This document shows positions 61,815 through 64,000 of a stretch of 64,000 bases of DNA, in pieces. How positions within the stretch are numbered: the stretch's first letter is position 1; the number at the start of each line of letters is the position of its first letter. The stretch covers positions 96,001 through 160,000 of the forward strand of contig CAWDVE010000010.1 in the NCBI GenBank assembly GCA_963805625.1, read 5' to 3'. This DNA is from an uncultured Candidatus Rokubacteria bacterium (GTDB lineage Bacteria; Methylomirabilota; Methylomirabilia; Rokubacteriales; DASRDR01). Made by a program: the position numbers and the translations under genes. Under the pieces are notes generated by a model. It was given only the letters and a program-made list of their open reading frames with translations, was not told the DNA's origin and made no database searches.

Positions 61815-62750
61815 GTGGACGCCACCGTCGGTCTGGTTCAGGCGCTCCTGCCGGTGACCGCGCACGTGACCGCGCGGGTCGCCGCCGCACATCCCTCCGC
61901 GCGGATCCTGGGGACGGAGCGCATGGGGTCGGCGGTGGTCGTGGAATCGGCGGGGCTCCTGCTCACGGTCAACTACGTGGTGATGGGGGCCCGCCGGGTC
62001 CGCGTCACGATGACCGACGGCCGCCGCCTCGACGCCAAGGTAGCGGCGCAGGACTTCGAAAGCGGGTTCGCGCTTCTGCGGGTGCCTGCGACCGGGCTCC
62101 CCGCGGCGCGGCTCGCGTCCTCGGACGAGGTGGCGCTCGGAGCGTCCGTCTTCGTGATCGCCGCGACGGGTCCCACGGAGCGGAGGGTCGCAGGGGGTAT
62201 CGTCACCGATCTGGGCGAGTTCGAGGCGTACTGGGAGTACCTGCTGGACCGTGGGATCGTCTCGAGCGCCGCGAATCCAGGGTTCGGCGGCGGGCCCCTG
62301 TTCGATCTCCGCGGCTCCGTCGTGGGCGTGGTGTCCCTGAACCTGGAGGGGATCGGGCGCGAGTCGCTGGCGATCCCCGTGGAGTACTACACGCGGCACC
62401 GGTCCGAGCTCCTCCGCTTCGGGCGCGTGACCAGCCGGCGGCGCCGGGCGTGGATCGGCGTGTTCCCCCATACCCTCGAAGAGAGGCTGATCGTCGCGGG
62501 GCTGGTGCCCGACGGTCCCGGGGAGCGCGCCGGACTCCTGGACGGGGACGTGATCGTGCGCGTGGACGATCAGGAAGTCTCGAGCCGCCGGGACCTCTAC
62601 GCGGCGCTCTGGCGCCACGAGCCCGGAGAGCGGGTGCTGCTGGACGTGATGCGGGAGGACCGCCCCCGGCGGGTCGAGGTGGTGACCCAGGACCGCTCGG
62701 ATTTCTACGCGCTCGAGCGCCGGGGCTCGGGCGACCCGCCCGCGGGCTGA
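61815..62750 (+). CDS. HtrA-like trypsin-fold plus PDZ protein with degenerate catalytic triad
   Basis: GSAVVV, LTVNYVV (His to Tyr), NPGFGGGPL (Ser to Gly) and a PDZ domain with AGL..GDVI. Confidence 0.8.
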   Translation: MDATVGLVQALLPVTAHVTARVAAAHPSARILGTERMGSAVVVESAGLLLTVNYVVMGARRVRVTMTDGRRLDAKVAAQDFESGFALLRVPATGLPAARLASSDEVALGASVFVIAATGPTERRVAGGIVTDLGEFEAYWEYLLDRGIVSSAANPGFGGGPLFDLRGSVVGVVSLNLEGIGRESLAIPVEYYTRHRSELLRFGRVTSRRRRAWIGVFPHTLEERLIVAGLVPDGPGERAGLLDGDVIVRVDDQEVSSRRDLYAALWRHEPGERVLLDVMREDRPRRVEVVTQDRSDFYALERRGSGDPPAG

Positions 62751-62815
62751 GCCCTCCGCCGACCTGTCGGTCGGCCGACACCCGAGGACTTCCTCCCCGT
62801 CGTCTCGGCTGTCTC

Positions 62816-62843
62816 TTGACAGGTCGCGGGCGCCTGCTATTTC
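62816..62843 (+). promoter_or_regulatory. Sigma70-type promoter of the Hsp20 gene
   Basis: TTGACA-N16-TATTTC with an extended TG. Confidence 0.45.
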
Positions 62844-62917
62844 AACAGTGGGGCCGGGAACGGTTCCCGGGGTGCATGAGCGCCCGAAATCATTACAAAC
62901 GTTGAGGAGAGCATTCC

Positions 62918-63415
62918 ATGTTCGAACTGACGCGGGGATTCCCCTTCGGGTCCATGTTCCAGATGCATCGAGACCTTGACGACATGCTCGGCCGGTTCCT
63001 AGCCCGCGATGCTGGCTCCGCGCCCTACCGCACCGAGACGGAGCCGGTGGCTTGGTGGCCTGCGGTCGAGAGCTATGCCAAGGACGGCAACCTCCACGTG
63101 CGCGTGGCACTCTCGGGTGTCGATCCCAAGGACGTCGAGGTCACGGTCTCGGACGACTACCTCACGATCCGCGGCGAGCGCAAGGCGAAGAGCGACGAGA
63201 AGGACGGTAACCGCTACGTGCGTGAGTTCGCGTATGGCTCGTTCGAGCGTACCCTCGCGCTCCCCGAGGGCATCGACCCGGGCAAGGTGCAGGCGAAGTT
63301 CGCGAACGGCATGCTCGACCTGACGGTGCCGGCCCCGGTCGCTGTCGTGCCGAAGAAGGTTGAGATCCAGATCGAGGACGGCGCGGGCCAGGCCAAGGCC
63401 ATCAAGGCCGCCTGA
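62918..63415 (+). CDS. Hsp20/alpha-crystallin small heat-shock protein
   Basis: LTIRGER, YGSFER..LP, AKFANGML and a C-terminal VEI motif; GAGGAG SD. Confidence 0.93.
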   Translation: MFELTRGFPFGSMFQMHRDLDDMLGRFLARDAGSAPYRTETEPVAWWPAVESYAKDGNLHVRVALSGVDPKDVEVTVSDDYLTIRGERKAKSDEKDGNRYVREFAYGSFERTLALPEGIDPGKVQAKFANGMLDLTVPAPVAVVPKKVEIQIEDGAGQAKAIKAA

Positions 63416-63536
63416 CGGCGTCGGGCAAGGGGAACCGGGACCAGCGGTCCCGATGTGACGCGGCCCCCGGGCGCATACCCGGGGGCCGCGCTGCGTTCCG
63501 TCGCGGGGGGTCTCGGGGCTTTGCTATAGTTGGGCC

Positions 63537-64000
63537 ATGTGGCCGCGGCTCTCACGCATGGGCGGCGTGGTCGCGGCGGCCCTGCTGGGCCTCGCGGGCC
63601 CCGCGACGGCCGACGACTTTCCCATCGTCGACGCCCACCTCCACTACAGCCAGAACAGCTGGCAGGACTACGCTCCTGCGGCCGTGCTCCTCCTGCTGGA
63701 CCAGGCCGGCGTGCGGCGGGCTTTCGTCTCTAGCACTCCCGACGACGGGACGGTGCGCCTCTACGAGGCGGCCCCCGACCGGATCGTGCCCGTCCTGCGC
63801 CCGTACCGGCAGGCGGGCGAGCTCTCGAGCTGGCACCAGGACCCCACGGTCGTGCCCTACCTCGAGCAGCGGCTCGCGCGCCGGATCTACCGGGGGATCG
63901 GCGAGTTCCACCTGACGGGGGCCGACGCGCGGTCGCCGATCGTGCGGCAGGTGGCGGAGCTGGCGGATCGCCACGGGCTGTTCCTCCACTGTCACTGCGA
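63537..64000 (+). CDS. Secreted amidohydrolase-family protein (partial)
   Basis: Signal peptide, then DAHLHY and GIGEFH; runs off the window end. Confidence 0.75.
   Translation, partial: MWPRLSRMGGVVAAALLGLAGPATADDFPIVDAHLHYSQNSWQDYAPAAVLLLLDQAGVRRAFVSSTPDDGTVRLYEAAPDRIVPVLRPYRQAGELSSWHQDPTVVPYLEQRLARRIYRGIGEFHLTGADARSPIVRQVAELADRHGLFLHCHC

Noticed and set aside
1-64000. CRISPR arrays, tRNA/rRNA genes, transposases, integrases
   Set aside because: None was recognised by eye. tRNAscan-SE, Infernal and ISEScan would be needed to exclude them formally.

Overview
The window joins two unrelated genomes at about 47400. Positions 1-47400 are archaeal and Methanomicrobiales-like (Methanoregula-type; moderate GC, TATA promoters). 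They carry a RecJ-like DHH nuclease, a thiC-to-rnz cluster, a KimA-like permease, cdc48 and clpB, three FBP-metabolising enzymes, LSm and a TFE-beta-like gene, a REC-PAS-PAS diadenylate cyclase, an ADP-forming acyl-CoA synthetase, an RLAN/ATP-grasp/YkgJ/GCS2 peptide-ligase operon, tpiA, a U32 protein, aroD, a rhodanese and an eight-gene aromatic amino acid operon. Many archaeal genes carry single-base indels, probably long-read errors. Ten intergenic copies of a modular MITE-like repeat occur in this part, and one internal module is found in both orientations. Positions 47400-64000 are very GC-rich bacterial DNA without visible frameshifts: GHKL ATPase, tldD/pmbA, moeA, xdhC, OCD, tcuA-like flavoprotein, SDR, RRM, radical SAM, degenerate HtrA and Hsp20. 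The top finding is an unlisted 59-codon upstream ORF (47148-47327, minus strand) ending in ...GFFSFFGFYFRFYYRFYYWY, directly ahead of the archaeal aro/phe/tyr operon. It is a candidate Phe/Tyr/Trp-sensing leader-peptide attenuator in an archaeon. All alignments and RNA structures were read by eye; no database searches were run.
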